64,000 nucleotides of DNA from Candidatus Nomurabacteria bacterium RIFCSPLOWO2_01_FULL_39_18 (GTDB taxonomy: Bacteria > Patescibacteriota > Minisyncoccia > Phycocordibacterales > UBA9973). The stretch is from positions 105,770 through 169,769 of the forward strand of contig MFUV01000004.1 in assembly GCA_001787005.1 (NCBI GenBank), in the 5' to 3' direction. The position numbers and the translations under genes were made by a program. Positions 10,393 through 19,328 of this stretch are shown here, in pieces; the stretch's first letter is position 1; every line of letters begins with the position of its first letter. The notes below the pieces were generated by a model that ran no database searches, was not told where the DNA came from, and was given only the letters and a program-made list of their open reading frames with translations.

Positions 10393-10412
10393 ATCTACGC
10401 CATGGCGTAGAT
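10393..10412. repeat. Perfect 20-bp palindrome, copy 3 (divergent promoter region of Cas2-like gene and recG)
   Basis: ATCTACGCCATGGCGTAGAT. Confidence 0.95.
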
Positions 10413-10446
10413 GTGGATATAGTGGAAATAATGATATAATCTTTGA

Positions 10447-12666
10447 GTGGAACTTAGCGATAGACTTGAAATAAAATTCCGCTTAGATGTAAACCAAAAA
10501 AGGGCTTTAAATAGGCTCAAACTTTTCTCTATTGCCGACCTTTTGTACCACTTTCCTGTCAGATATTCTCATATTAGTGAAATAAAACCCATTAGCCAGT
10601 TAGTGGCGGGAGAATTTGCGACGGTCTATGGAAGATTTTGGAGTCCGGACATAAAAAGAGGATACAAAAGCAAAGTTTTGCGAGCAGAAGGAGAAGTGAT
10701 AGACGAAACTGGAAAAATAAAAGTTGTCTGGTTTAATCAAGCTTACATCGCGAAAATGATACATTCTGGACAATTCGTAGAACTAACCGGAAAAGTGATG
10801 GAAAGTAAAAGGGGCAAATATCTAGCAAACCCTGAATTCAAAAAGATTGATTTACTGCCGATTGATACACATGATTCTCTATTTAATTTTGAAAAGAAAA
10901 AACAGAGCGAAGTCTTTGGTTTTCCTGTTTATGCAGAGACCCGTGGCATAACTTCTAAATGGTTCTACCATGCAATAGAGAAAATATTGCGAGAAAAAAC
11001 GTTGGATAGAATAGGAGACTACATTCCAGAGGACATTCTTAAAAAATACAACCTCCCCAGCCTGAGGACCGCGCTCATTTGGATTCACAAGCCGAAAAAT
11101 TCGCGAGACGCTGAAAGCGCCAAGAAAAGATTCGCTTTCGAAGAAGTTTTTTGCATTCAGCTGGAGCGCCAGCATGACAAGTTTGAATACAAAAAAAATA
11201 AATCTTTTCAGATTATTCCAGATGAGAAAAACGTTAAGAAATTTTTAGAACGTTTTCCTTTCGAACCAACAAATTCCCAAAAGAAATCTATCGAGGTAGT
11301 CTTGGACGATATGGCGAAGAGTTTCCCCATGTCCCGCCTCCTAGAGGGTGATGTCGGATCTGGAAAGACAGCCGTTGCGGCCACAGCAAGCTATGTGGCA
11401 GTACAACAACGTCCCAATGGACAGACTTTTGGCAACTTACAAGTCGCTTACATGGCACCCACGGAGATCCTGGCGGCACAACACTTCGAATCTTTCATAG
11501 AATATTTTAAATACCTACCGATTAACATCGGGCTCATCACCGGATCAGGTTGCAGAAAATTCCCTTCTAAAGTTAACCCCCTCGGATGGACGAATATATC
11601 CCGCGCGCAGCTTTTGAAATGGGTAGCAAATGGAGAAATTCCCATATTGATAGGCACGCATGCTTTGATCCAAAAAACGGTTAAATTTAAAAATCTGGCG
11701 CTATGCGTGGTGGATGAACAGCACAGATTCGGTACAGCGCAGAGAAGAAAGTTGGTCAGGAAGGATGCAAAAGGAAATATGAGCGCTCCACACTTGCTCT
11801 CGATGACAGCTACCCCTATCCCCCGCACCTTGGCGCTGACCATCTATGGCGACCTAGACCTCTCTCTCCTCGATGAAATGCCTGCTGGCAGAAAGAAAAT
11901 AATAACAGAGATAATCACGCTGAAGGAGCGCGAAGAAACTTATGAAAAAGTCAGACAAGAATTAAAAGCTGGCAGACAGCTCTATGTGATCTGCCCGAGA
12001 ATTTTCGAACCGGATGAAGAGTACCCCTACCCGACCTCCCCCTATATAGGGGGAGGTGCCAAAGGCAGAGGGGGTATAGAAATGAAAGCCGTTACCACTG
12101 AAGCAAAACGACTCAAAAAAGAAGTTTTCAGAGAATACGAAATAGGTGTACTGCACAGCAAGATGAGCAAGGAAAAAAAAGAAAAAGTGATGCAGGAATT
12201 TACGGAAGGCAAAATAAATATTCTCTGCGCCACATCAGTGGTGGAAGTAGGAGTAAATGTGCCGAATGCCACCCTTATAATAATAGAAGGGGCGGAACGA
12301 TTCGGCTTAGCCCAGCTTCACCAGCTTCGCGGACGAGTGCTGAGGAGCACGCATCAAGCGTATTGTTACATCTTCGCTGACGCCAAAAGCGACAAAACTA
12401 TCGCCAGGTTAAAAGCTCTTAAAACCGCCCAAAACGGCTTCGAGCTCGCAGAGCTAGACCTCTCGCTCCGCGGTGCCGGAGAGCTCGGAGGAACGAAACA
12501 ATGGGGCATCACCGACCTCGGCATGGAAGCAATTAAAAATATAAAAATGGTTGAAGCCGCCCGCACCGAAGCTGTCCGCTTGATAGGAGAAGACCCAGAA
12601 CTCACTAAATATCCCCTACTGAAACAGAAAGTCCATCAAAAAGCTGGGGAATTTCATTTTGAATAA
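10447..12666 (+). CDS. recG: ATP-dependent DNA helicase RecG
   Basis: GDVGSGKT, DEQHRFG, TATPIPRTL, QLHQLRGRV. Confidence 0.96.
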   Translation: MELSDRLEIKFRLDVNQKRALNRLKLFSIADLLYHFPVRYSHISEIKPISQLVAGEFATVYGRFWSPDIKRGYKSKVLRAEGEVIDETGKIKVVWFNQAYIAKMIHSGQFVELTGKVMESKRGKYLANPEFKKIDLLPIDTHDSLFNFEKKKQSEVFGFPVYAETRGITSKWFYHAIEKILREKTLDRIGDYIPEDILKKYNLPSLRTALIWIHKPKNSRDAESAKKRFAFEEVFCIQLERQHDKFEYKKNKSFQIIPDEKNVKKFLERFPFEPTNSQKKSIEVVLDDMAKSFPMSRLLEGDVGSGKTAVAATASYVAVQQRPNGQTFGNLQVAYMAPTEILAAQHFESFIEYFKYLPINIGLITGSGCRKFPSKVNPLGWTNISRAQLLKWVANGEIPILIGTHALIQKTVKFKNLALCVVDEQHRFGTAQRRKLVRKDAKGNMSAPHLLSMTATPIPRTLALTIYGDLDLSLLDEMPAGRKKIITEIITLKEREETYEKVRQELKAGRQLYVICPRIFEPDEEYPYPTSPYIGGGAKGRGGIEMKAVTTEAKRLKKEVFREYEIGVLHSKMSKEKKEKVMQEFTEGKINILCATSVVEVGVNVPNATLIIIEGAERFGLAQLHQLRGRVLRSTHQAYCYIFADAKSDKTIARLKALKTAQNGFELAELDLSLRGAGELGGTKQWGITDLGMEAIKNIKMVEAARTEAVRLIGEDPELTKYPLLKQKVHQKAGEFHFE
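12022..12076. repeat. GC-rich palindromic element inserted in-frame in recG
   Basis: CCTCCCCCTATATAGGGGGAGG core; related copy at 39869-39918. Confidence 0.85.
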
Positions 12667-12671
12667 GTAGT

Positions 12672-13082
12672 TTATTGTACTGTTCCCCCACCCATGTCCC
12701 CTAATTCTTTTTTAAGTTTCAAGTCTTCAGTCTTGGGCACGGGTCGGTAAACTGTGTCCGATTTTGCAGTATCCATTTTTATTAGCTTCTCACCATGCTC
12801 AATCAAAATATTTAAGCGAGCAAATATTTCCTCTACATTTATCATACCTTCTTTTCTTTTCTTTGTTATATCCGCAACTATGTCATCTTGAATTTTGGCT
12901 GGTAAATCGTCAAATCTGTGTAAATAAGTAGCATCCCAATACCCCAGGTTTAACAAAAATTCTCTGGCCGAAAACGGTCTTACTGACTCCGTTGCATGCT
13001 TAATTGTCTCTGAAGCATCTATTCCCCCTTTTCTGTCAGCGATACTTTTTCTATTAAATTTTCTAAACAATCTTTCTAGCAT
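12672..13082 (-). CDS. Hypothetical protein
   Basis: ORF from MLERLF; no recognisable motif. Confidence 0.6.
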   Translation of the reverse strand: MLERLFRKFNRKSIADRKGGIDASETIKHATESVRPFSAREFLLNLGYWDATYLHRFDDLPAKIQDDIVADITKKRKEGMINVEEIFARLNILIEHGEKLIKMDTAKSDTVYRPVPKTEDLKLKKELGDMGGGTVQ

Positions 13083-13129
13083 ATTTTTATAAAAATTAAC
13101 AATGGTTTGATTATAGCACAATATATTTT

Positions 13130-13423
13130 CTATACCTGGGTTTTACTTAAAAGAACCTCTTTTACCGCTGAAGCTAAAAATAATATATATACTCTCATCT
13201 CATTTGAATCCATATGAAGAGCCTCCCTCGCTCTATCAAATATTGGTCCACCCTCATCCATCTTTGCATTTATACTCAACGTGCCATCGCGCTCTAATTT
13301 TAGATTCTGTGGTGATTTTATTCTCATTAATGCAACATAGTCAAAAGCATCTAGGGTTGCTCTAGCTTTTATAACTTTATCTCTTTGTGTTTCTTTATTT
13401 GTTGTAGATGGATGTTCGGGCAT
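13130..13423 (-). CDS. Hypothetical protein
   Basis: 97-aa ORF starting a few nt after tRNA 3' end. Confidence 0.6.
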   Translation of the reverse strand: MPEHPSTTNKETQRDKVIKARATLDAFDYVALMRIKSPQNLKLERDGTLSINAKMDEGGPIFDRAREALHMDSNEMRVYILFLASAVKEVLLSKTQV

Positions 13424-13428
13424 ATTTG

Positions 13429-13502
13429 TCCGTCCTCTTGGATTCGAACCAAGGACCCCAGAGGTATAAGCTCTGTGCTCTAACCAACTGAGCTAAGGAC
13501 GG
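13429..13502 (-). tRNA. tRNA-Ile (anticodon UAU), CCA not encoded
   Basis: Acceptor CCGTCCT/AGGACGG, D arm GCTC-AGTTGGTTA-GAGC, anticodon arm CAGAG-CTTATAC-CTCTG, T arm CTTGG-TTCGAAT-CCAAG. Confidence 0.93.
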
Positions 13503-13530
13503 AGGTTAAGAACATTTCAATATTACAAGA

Positions 13531-14010
13531 TTAATCTTGTTTTCGCAAAGATTTAATTGCTTTTTTGATTGTATCGTAGATTACCGGAAGCTCTAAATAG
13601 TCTATCGATATAGCAATCCAGGAGAGCCATACGGGTATCGCCACGAGAGCTGTGCCAGTAAACTGCGCATAAATTACTTCATCGGTAATCCAAAATAAAT
13701 GGAGCCACTGTGAATTAATAAAAAAAAGAAAAAGAATACTCCGCCACTCTAAACTTTTATCTTGCATGTATTGATAAATATAGAAGATAGAGCTTGTCAC
13801 AATGGCTGGTATTTCTGTATAGTCCACCAACGCAATGACAGTATCCCAAAAGCTACTCGGATCCCAGAGGGAGTGCCCGAATGTTTTGGAGAAAACAACA
13901 TTGGTCGTCATCCAATACAGATGCACCAGCTGTAACAGAAACAATAGAGCTGTAAGTGGAGCAATGACCCGATATTTGTCCTTGTACCATTTCCAAAATG
14001 TATTTAACAT
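13531..14010 (-). CDS. Hypothetical membrane protein with internal duplication
   Basis: Two copies of Q..HL(Y/F)W.T ... DY.E.P. Confidence 0.75.
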   Translation of the reverse strand: MLNTFWKWYKDKYRVIAPLTALLFLLQLVHLYWMTTNVVFSKTFGHSLWDPSSFWDTVIALVDYTEIPAIVTSSIFYIYQYMQDKSLEWRSILFLFFINSQWLHLFWITDEVIYAQFTGTALVAIPVWLSWIAISIDYLELPVIYDTIKKAIKSLRKQD

Positions 14011-14027
14011 CTTTTATTAAAAAATTT

Positions 14028-14126
14028 TAAAATATAACTTTTTGTAGGAGTTTCGAGGCTGACGAGCCGAGAACTTCAGGATTTTTTAAGCTTCAAAAAA
14101 TCCGTACCGAAAAAAGTTGATATTTT
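14028..14126. repeat. Branched inverted-repeat element downstream of ftsH
   Basis: AT-rich outer arms (AACTTTTT/AAAAAGTT) enclosing two internal hairpins. Confidence 0.5.
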
Positions 14127-16040
14127 TTAAATTTTTGTTTCACCTTCTTTTTTCTTCAGCACTATTCCATGCGCAGTTAGTATTTTCTCGTACTCTTCTT
14201 GTTCCAATGTCTCTACCTCTATAAGCTTACTGGCAATGGCAACAAAAGCCTTTTTGTTCTCTGTCAGAACCTTCTCTGCTGATTTCAATCCATCATTTAT
14301 TATTCTGGAAACTTCAGCATCCACCTTCGTAGAAACTGCCTCAGAATATTCTTTCTCGACTATTTCTCCGAACTGTGCCCTGCCCAAAGCACCTGCTAGG
14401 GCAATGGGGCCAATGGCGTCTGACATTCCCCAGCGTGTGACCATAGCTCGAGCTAGATTTGTGGCCACTTGCAAGTCAGAAGAAGGACCTGTGGTAATGT
14501 CACCAAAAATCATCTGTTCAGCAACATACCCGCCGAGCGACATAGCGATGTCGTCTATGAATTCTCTCTTGGACTGAAGCCGGCGCTCTTCGAGGGGCAA
14601 TTTTAATGTGTACCCCCCAGCATTGCCTCGCGCAATGATAGATACTTTATGTACTGGATCGGCATAGGGCAAGACTGAAGCCACCAGCGCATGACCTGCT
14701 TCATGATACGCAGTAATTTCTTTTTCTTTCTTTGAAAGCAAATGGCTCTTTCTCTCGGGACCGAGCAATACCTTCTCAATCGCGCGAATTAAATCAAATT
14801 GAAAAACTTTCTTGCGATTTTCTCGTGCGGCAAGTATTGCGCCCTCATTCATTAGCGAGTATAAATCAGCGCCAGAGAATCCTGGGGTACGTTCCGCAAT
14901 TAATTTCAAATTAATGTCTTCCGCAAGGGGTTTCTTGGTCGCGTGTATCATGAGTATCGCCTCGCGATCAGCGCGATCTGGCAAATCAAGTAATACTTTC
15001 CTGTCGAAACGCCCAGGACGGATAAGCGCCGGGTCGAGCACGTCAGGCCTGTTAGTAGCCGCCATGACTATCACCTTGTCGTTTGGCTCAAAGCCATCCA
15101 TCTCCACCAATATTTGATTTAGCGTCTGTTCACGTTCGTCGTTTCCCCCGCCGAACCCGCCTCCGCGAGTACGCCCTATGGCATCTATCTCATCCACGAA
15201 GATGATTGCAGGCGCCGCCTTTTTGGCCATTTTAAAGAGATCCCGTACTCGGGAAGCTCCAACACCCACGAACATCTCCACAAATTCGCTTCCTGACAAG
15301 TGGAAGAATGGGACGCTTGCTTCGCCTGCCACAGCCCTCGCGAGCAGGGTCTTGCCTGTGCCCGGAGCACCAGTCAATATGACGCCTTTCGGAATTCTCG
15401 CTCCAATATCTAAAAATTTCTTAGGGCTTTTAAGGAAATCCACAATTTCTTTCAATTCTTCTTTGGCTTCTTTACAGCCAGCCACGTCCTTGAAGGTGAC
15501 TTTATTATTTTTATCGTTTGGGTCGGTAATGCGCGCCTTGGACTGACCGAAGGTCATCGCTTGAATGCCAGCGCCCTTCACTTGCCGAGACAAATACCAG
15601 AAGAAAAGCAAAATAAAAACAATCGGCAATAAAAAGGGCAGAAGATTTAAAAGCCAGAAACCAAATCCGCCTTCATCTTTTATCTCTATTTCGGTTTTAG
15701 AAAGCGCGTCGCTCGTGACTCCATAATTAAAAAGTGTCTGAGAAAGCGATGAGCCGACTTCTTTTTTAGATTTTTTAGTTTCATCACTCTGGTAAGTAAT
15801 AGTTAGCTTGTCTCCCGCGACAACTATCTTCTTCACTTCTCCCCCAGATACGCCCTTGGCTAAGTCTGAAATAGGAATTTCGGGAGTTATTTTACTATCT
15901 CCAGAAATCGCCAAATAAGCTCCCGAGATAAGCATGAAAATGAGTATTGCTCCAGCGGCGTTCCCTAAAAAATTGTTTTTTTCTTTGCCCTTTTTGCCGT
16001 TACCCTGTTCAGTTTTTTTATTAAGAAAATTAAAATCCAT
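14127..16040 (-). CDS. ftsH: ATP-dependent zinc metalloprotease FtsH
   Basis: [21 protein letters not shown]. Confidence 0.97.
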   Translation of the reverse strand: MDFNFLNKKTEQGNGKKGKEKNNFLGNAAGAILIFMLISGAYLAISGDSKITPEIPISDLAKGVSGGEVKKIVVAGDKLTITYQSDETKKSKKEVGSSLSQTLFNYGVTSDALSKTEIEIKDEGGFGFWLLNLLPFLLPIVFILLFFWYLSRQVKGAGIQAMTFGQSKARITDPNDKNNKVTFKDVAGCKEAKEELKEIVDFLKSPKKFLDIGARIPKGVILTGAPGTGKTLLARAVAGEASVPFFHLSGSEFVEMFVGVGASRVRDLFKMAKKAAPAIIFVDEIDAIGRTRGGGFGGGNDEREQTLNQILVEMDGFEPNDKVIVMAATNRPDVLDPALIRPGRFDRKVLLDLPDRADREAILMIHATKKPLAEDINLKLIAERTPGFSGADLYSLMNEGAILAARENRKKVFQFDLIRAIEKVLLGPERKSHLLSKKEKEITAYHEAGHALVASVLPYADPVHKVSIIARGNAGGYTLKLPLEERRLQSKREFIDDIAMSLGGYVAEQMIFGDITTGPSSDLQVATNLARAMVTRWGMSDAIGPIALAGALGRAQFGEIVEKEYSEAVSTKVDAEVSRIINDGLKSAEKVLTENKKAFVAIASKLIEVETLEQEEYEKILTAHGIVLKKKEGETKI

Positions 16041-16114
16041 CTAACAATGGTAGCATAAAAAGTCCAAAAATCAAAGAAGAAAAATTAAATAAATTATTTC
16101 AAAAGAATCTTCTA

Positions 16115-16471
16115 TTATTTTCTATTTTGGACTTCGTATTGTTTTTTTAAGTCTTTAATCTGTTTAAGTTTAAGCTGCATTTCTCTAATAATCCTCGAAC
16201 ATTCTTCAAAATTTTCCTCATTGATCCCCACATCCACTGAACCCCAAGACCCATCGGGATTCCTCGTCTCGCCAATACTGGGGTCTATACTGGTTGGAGC
16301 CATATTTATACCACCACGATTAAGGTTCCCAGAAAGATGAAGTTCTTCAAGTAAACTTTCAAATTCTTTGCCTAAATCCAATAATTTGGATTCTATCTCA
16401 GTTCTAGGAACTTCTGCCATATTCATTCTCCTTTGATCCTCGGGGCGAAAACCTGCATTCATTATTCCCAT
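16115..16471 (-). CDS. Hypothetical protein
   Basis: 118-aa ORF downstream of tmRNA. Confidence 0.6.
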   Translation of the reverse strand: MGIMNAGFRPEDQRRMNMAEVPRTEIESKLLDLGKEFESLLEELHLSGNLNRGGINMAPTSIDPSIGETRNPDGSWGSVDVGINEENFEECSRIIREMQLKLKQIKDLKKQYEVQNRK

Positions 16472-16579
16472 GGTATTTTTATATTATTTATTAAAAGTAT
16501 AATTTCGACAAAAAAGCAAAACCTAATTATCCATGATTATAGTACTTAACGCATTAATAGCAAAGTTGTCTTGTATCTG

Positions 16580-16977
16580 TGGAGATGGGGGAAATCGAAT
16601 CCCCGTGCAGAAGGTTATTGCTAAGAAGTCTACATACATAGCGCGCTTGTGGGTTTAAATTAAAAAATTTAGAAACGAGCCAAATATTTTTTAATCGATT
16701 CTCTTTGTTTTGCTGTGACATCGAGAAAGTCGCCACAGCTATCCCGATAATATTATGCCCGCTCTTATATATCGGAAGTCTATAAGAGAGACATCAGTTA
16801 GGCGTAAGCCGAGACTGAAGCGAAAGCAAAGTCCGCCTCACCGAAGTAAGGAGAAATTGAAGCTTTCACTTTAGAAGCTAATTTTGCAATTAACATTTAG
16901 ACAAATTTTTACGAGATTATGTCTATGCTCGGTATGCATCAATAACAAATGACCAACTGTCTATGCCTTGCATCCCC
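16580..16977 (-). ncRNA. ssrA: tmRNA
   Basis: 5' GGGGATG pairs with CATCTCC-A (G3:U); T arm GGGGATTCGATTTCCCC; tag frame ending ..SAYA*; directly after smpB. Confidence 0.93.
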
Positions 16978-17000
16978 ATGTTTTTCACGTCTTTCTTTTG

Positions 17001-17447
17001 TCAACGTCCTTTGTATTCCCTACGAATCTCTCGATCCGTCTCTCGTTTTTTTATAGTTTCGCGTTTATCGAATTTTTTCTTGCCTTTGACTGCCGCAATT
17101 CCCACCTTTATTTTTCTCCCTCTATTATACACTGAAATTGGTACGATTGTCAAACTTTTACTTTTCTCATTTCCCGCGAGCTCGCTGATTTCTTTTTTAG
17201 TTAGCAGAAGTCTCCTATTGCGCAATGGATCATAGTCCTTCTCCGCATTTTTCGGCTGATATGGCGGAATACTTGCATTGATTAAATATGCTTCACCTCC
17301 CCGCACAATAACAAAGGCCCCCTCGAACGACATTTGCCCCCCTCTTACAGATTTAACCTCGGAGCCCAAGAGCTCAATACCTGCTTCGTATTTTTCCAAG
17401 ATTTCGTAGTTAAAACGCGCTTTTCTGTTTTCGGCATAGTGAGACAT
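17001..17447 (-). CDS. smpB: SsrA-binding protein
   Basis: NRKARFNY, EAGIELLGSEVKS, KGKKKFDKR. Confidence 0.97.
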   Translation of the reverse strand: MSHYAENRKARFNYEILEKYEAGIELLGSEVKSVRGGQMSFEGAFVIVRGGEAYLINASIPPYQPKNAEKDYDPLRNRRLLLTKKEISELAGNEKSKSLTIVPISVYNRGRKIKVGIAAVKGKKKFDKRETIKKRETDREIRREYKGR

Positions 17448-17525
17448 ACGTATATATTAGCATAATGTTGACTTCAAGCTTAAAATACGCTATTATCCTG
17501 TAATCAAAACATATTTATATATCAA

Positions 17526-18029
17526 TTGCGTGAAAGAATAAACAATCAAATACGGGCGAAGGAGCTCCGAGTGTTGGATCAGGAAAATAAGAATCTAGGT
17601 ATTTTAAGTATAAAAGATGCCTTAGAAATGGCGCAAAATGCCTGCTTAGACTTAATTGAGATAGGTCCCAATGCCAATCCGCCGCTAGCCAAGGTGATGG
17701 ATTTTGGCAAATATAAATATGAAGTAAGCAAGAAGTTGAAGAAACAAAAGGGTGGAGCAAAGCATACAGAAACCAAGTCAATCCAGATAAAAATAGGCAC
17801 GGGAGACCACGACTTGGAGCTCAAGGCGAAAACTGCTTCCAAATGGTTGAAGGAAGGGCACAGAATCAAAGTTGAACTTTTCCTTGCCGGACGCGCAAAG
17901 TATATGGATGAGAAATTTTTGAAAGAACGTTTGGACAGGGTGCTACATTTAATTACCGAAGATTATAAAATATCCGATGCGTATAAAAAGGGTCCGAAGG
18001 GTTTAACCACAACAATTGAAAAGAAATAG
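17526..18029 (+). CDS. infC: Translation initiation factor IF-3 (non-ATG start)
   Basis: RINNQIR, LDLIEI, MDFGKYKY; infC-rpmI-rplT order. Confidence 0.95.
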   Translation: MRERINNQIRAKELRVLDQENKNLGILSIKDALEMAQNACLDLIEIGPNANPPLAKVMDFGKYKYEVSKKLKKQKGGAKHTETKSIQIKIGTGDHDLELKAKTASKWLKEGHRIKVELFLAGRAKYMDEKFLKERLDRVLHLITEDYKISDAYKKGPKGLTTTIEKK

Positions 18030-18060
18030 TTATAAAGTTTATAAAGTAGAATACAAATAC

Positions 18061-18255
18061 ATGAAAGGAATGAAAACAAATAAATCATATAGCAAAAGAC
18101 TGAAGCTTACCAAAAATGGCAAGGTTTTGTCTCGCAAGCCGGGCTTCAACCACTTCAATGCTAAACAATCCCGCACCACACAGCTAGCCGGACGCAAGGG
18201 ACAAAATTTTATTATCAAGAGCAAGCCGAGGAGCCACCTTTTACCGTTCAATTAA
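18061..18255 (+). CDS. rpmI: 50S ribosomal protein bL35
   Basis: MKTNKSYSKR..TKNGK; synteny. Confidence 0.9.
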   Translation: MKGMKTNKSYSKRLKLTKNGKVLSRKPGFNHFNAKQSRTTQLAGRKGQNFIIKSKPRSHLLPFN

Positions 18256-18320
18256 AAATTAATAATTACGAATTAAGAATTGGATTCGTAATCGTAAATT
18301 GACAACTCGTAATTTATTAT

Positions 18321-18674
18321 ATGACCAGAGTAAAGAAGGGAGTACATGCATTAAAAAGAAGGAGAAGCATTCTAAAACAGACCAAGGGTTTTCGCCATGG
18401 AAGAAAGAGTAAAGAAAGGCAGGCTAAAGAGGCGCTTCTGCACGCTGGTAATTATTCTTTTGCCCACAGAAAAGACAAAAAGTCGCACAACAGGAAACTC
18501 TGGAATATAAAAATAAATGCAGGCACTCGTGAACTCGGAATGTCTTATTCTAGATTTATTGATGCACTGAAAAAGAAGAATGTATTGCTCGACCGTAAAA
18601 TCCTCGCTGATCTCGCGGAACACAATCCATCAACTTTTGCTAAGGTTCTGGAAAGCGTACAAGCAAAGGTCTAA
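18321..18674 (+). CDS. rplT: 50S ribosomal protein bL20
   Basis: MTRVKKG, LWNIKINA, LDRKILAD. Confidence 0.96.
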   Translation: MTRVKKGVHALKRRRSILKQTKGFRHGRKSKERQAKEALLHAGNYSFAHRKDKKSHNRKLWNIKINAGTRELGMSYSRFIDALKKKNVLLDRKILADLAEHNPSTFAKVLESVQAKV

Positions 18675-19267
18675 ATTTTATACTCTCCTATCTTGCTTTC
18701 TTCTATAAGAGTAATGATGCCTGCCACAAGTTTCTTAGGGTCTCCACTTACTGCGACCTTGGGAAAAGGACGGTGGCTTTTCTTTATAATATCTTTTAAT
18801 TCATCATCCATTTCCCACGGTCCCTCAAAAATGCCGATAGGTTTATTGTCCTCAAAGGCAACGGTAAATTCATGAATAGTCCCCACGCGACCACAGCCGC
18901 AAATAACCGCGTCTACAGAACGAGTCAACAGCAGATCTCTGCCTGGATAGCCGAAACCCGTATAAATAATCAAATCTAGATAGTCTACTGGAAGCTTATA
19001 AACTTCTACATGTTCACGCTCAGAGGCCGCCGGAGAAAAACCGATGGAAGTCCCCCCCATTTCTTTAGCTCCCATTGCAACCCAAAGCGGAAATCCCGTA
19101 GTTGCCCCTGTCACCAAGATAGCTCCCTGGCGCGCAATTTCACGCCCCAATTCTTTCGCTTTTTCCAGCGCATCCACTCCGCAATGACCCGTCTCAGCCG
19201 CGCCAGAAACACAGATTTTAATCTGGCTATGACCATGCTTTTTAGGGAAAATTGAGAGAGGATCCAT
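18671..19267 (-). CDS. SLOG/LOG-family Rossmann-fold nucleotide-binding protein
   Basis: LVTGATTGFP, G.GTIHE. Confidence 0.8.
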   Translation of the reverse strand: MDPLSIFPKKHGHSQIKICVSGAAETGHCGVDALEKAKELGREIARQGAILVTGATTGFPLWVAMGAKEMGGTSIGFSPAASEREHVEVYKLPVDYLDLIIYTGFGYPGRDLLLTRSVDAVICGCGRVGTIHEFTVAFEDNKPIGIFEGPWEMDDELKDIIKKSHRPFPKVAVSGDPKKLVAGIITLIEESKIGEYKI

Positions 19268-19328
19268 ATTTTCATTATACATAAATACAAAACTCTTTAC
19301 AATATAATTTTCGGTTAGAAAGATTTTT

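Noticed and set aside
9998-10412. CRISPR-Cas locus suggested by Cas2-like protein and repeats
   Set aside because: No regularly spaced repeat-spacer array and no cas1 or other cas genes; repeats are hundreds to thousands of bp apart
12672-16560. Integrated islands at tRNA-Ile and tmRNA 3' ends
   Set aside because: Only small hypothetical ORFs; no integrase or duplicated 3' ends seen
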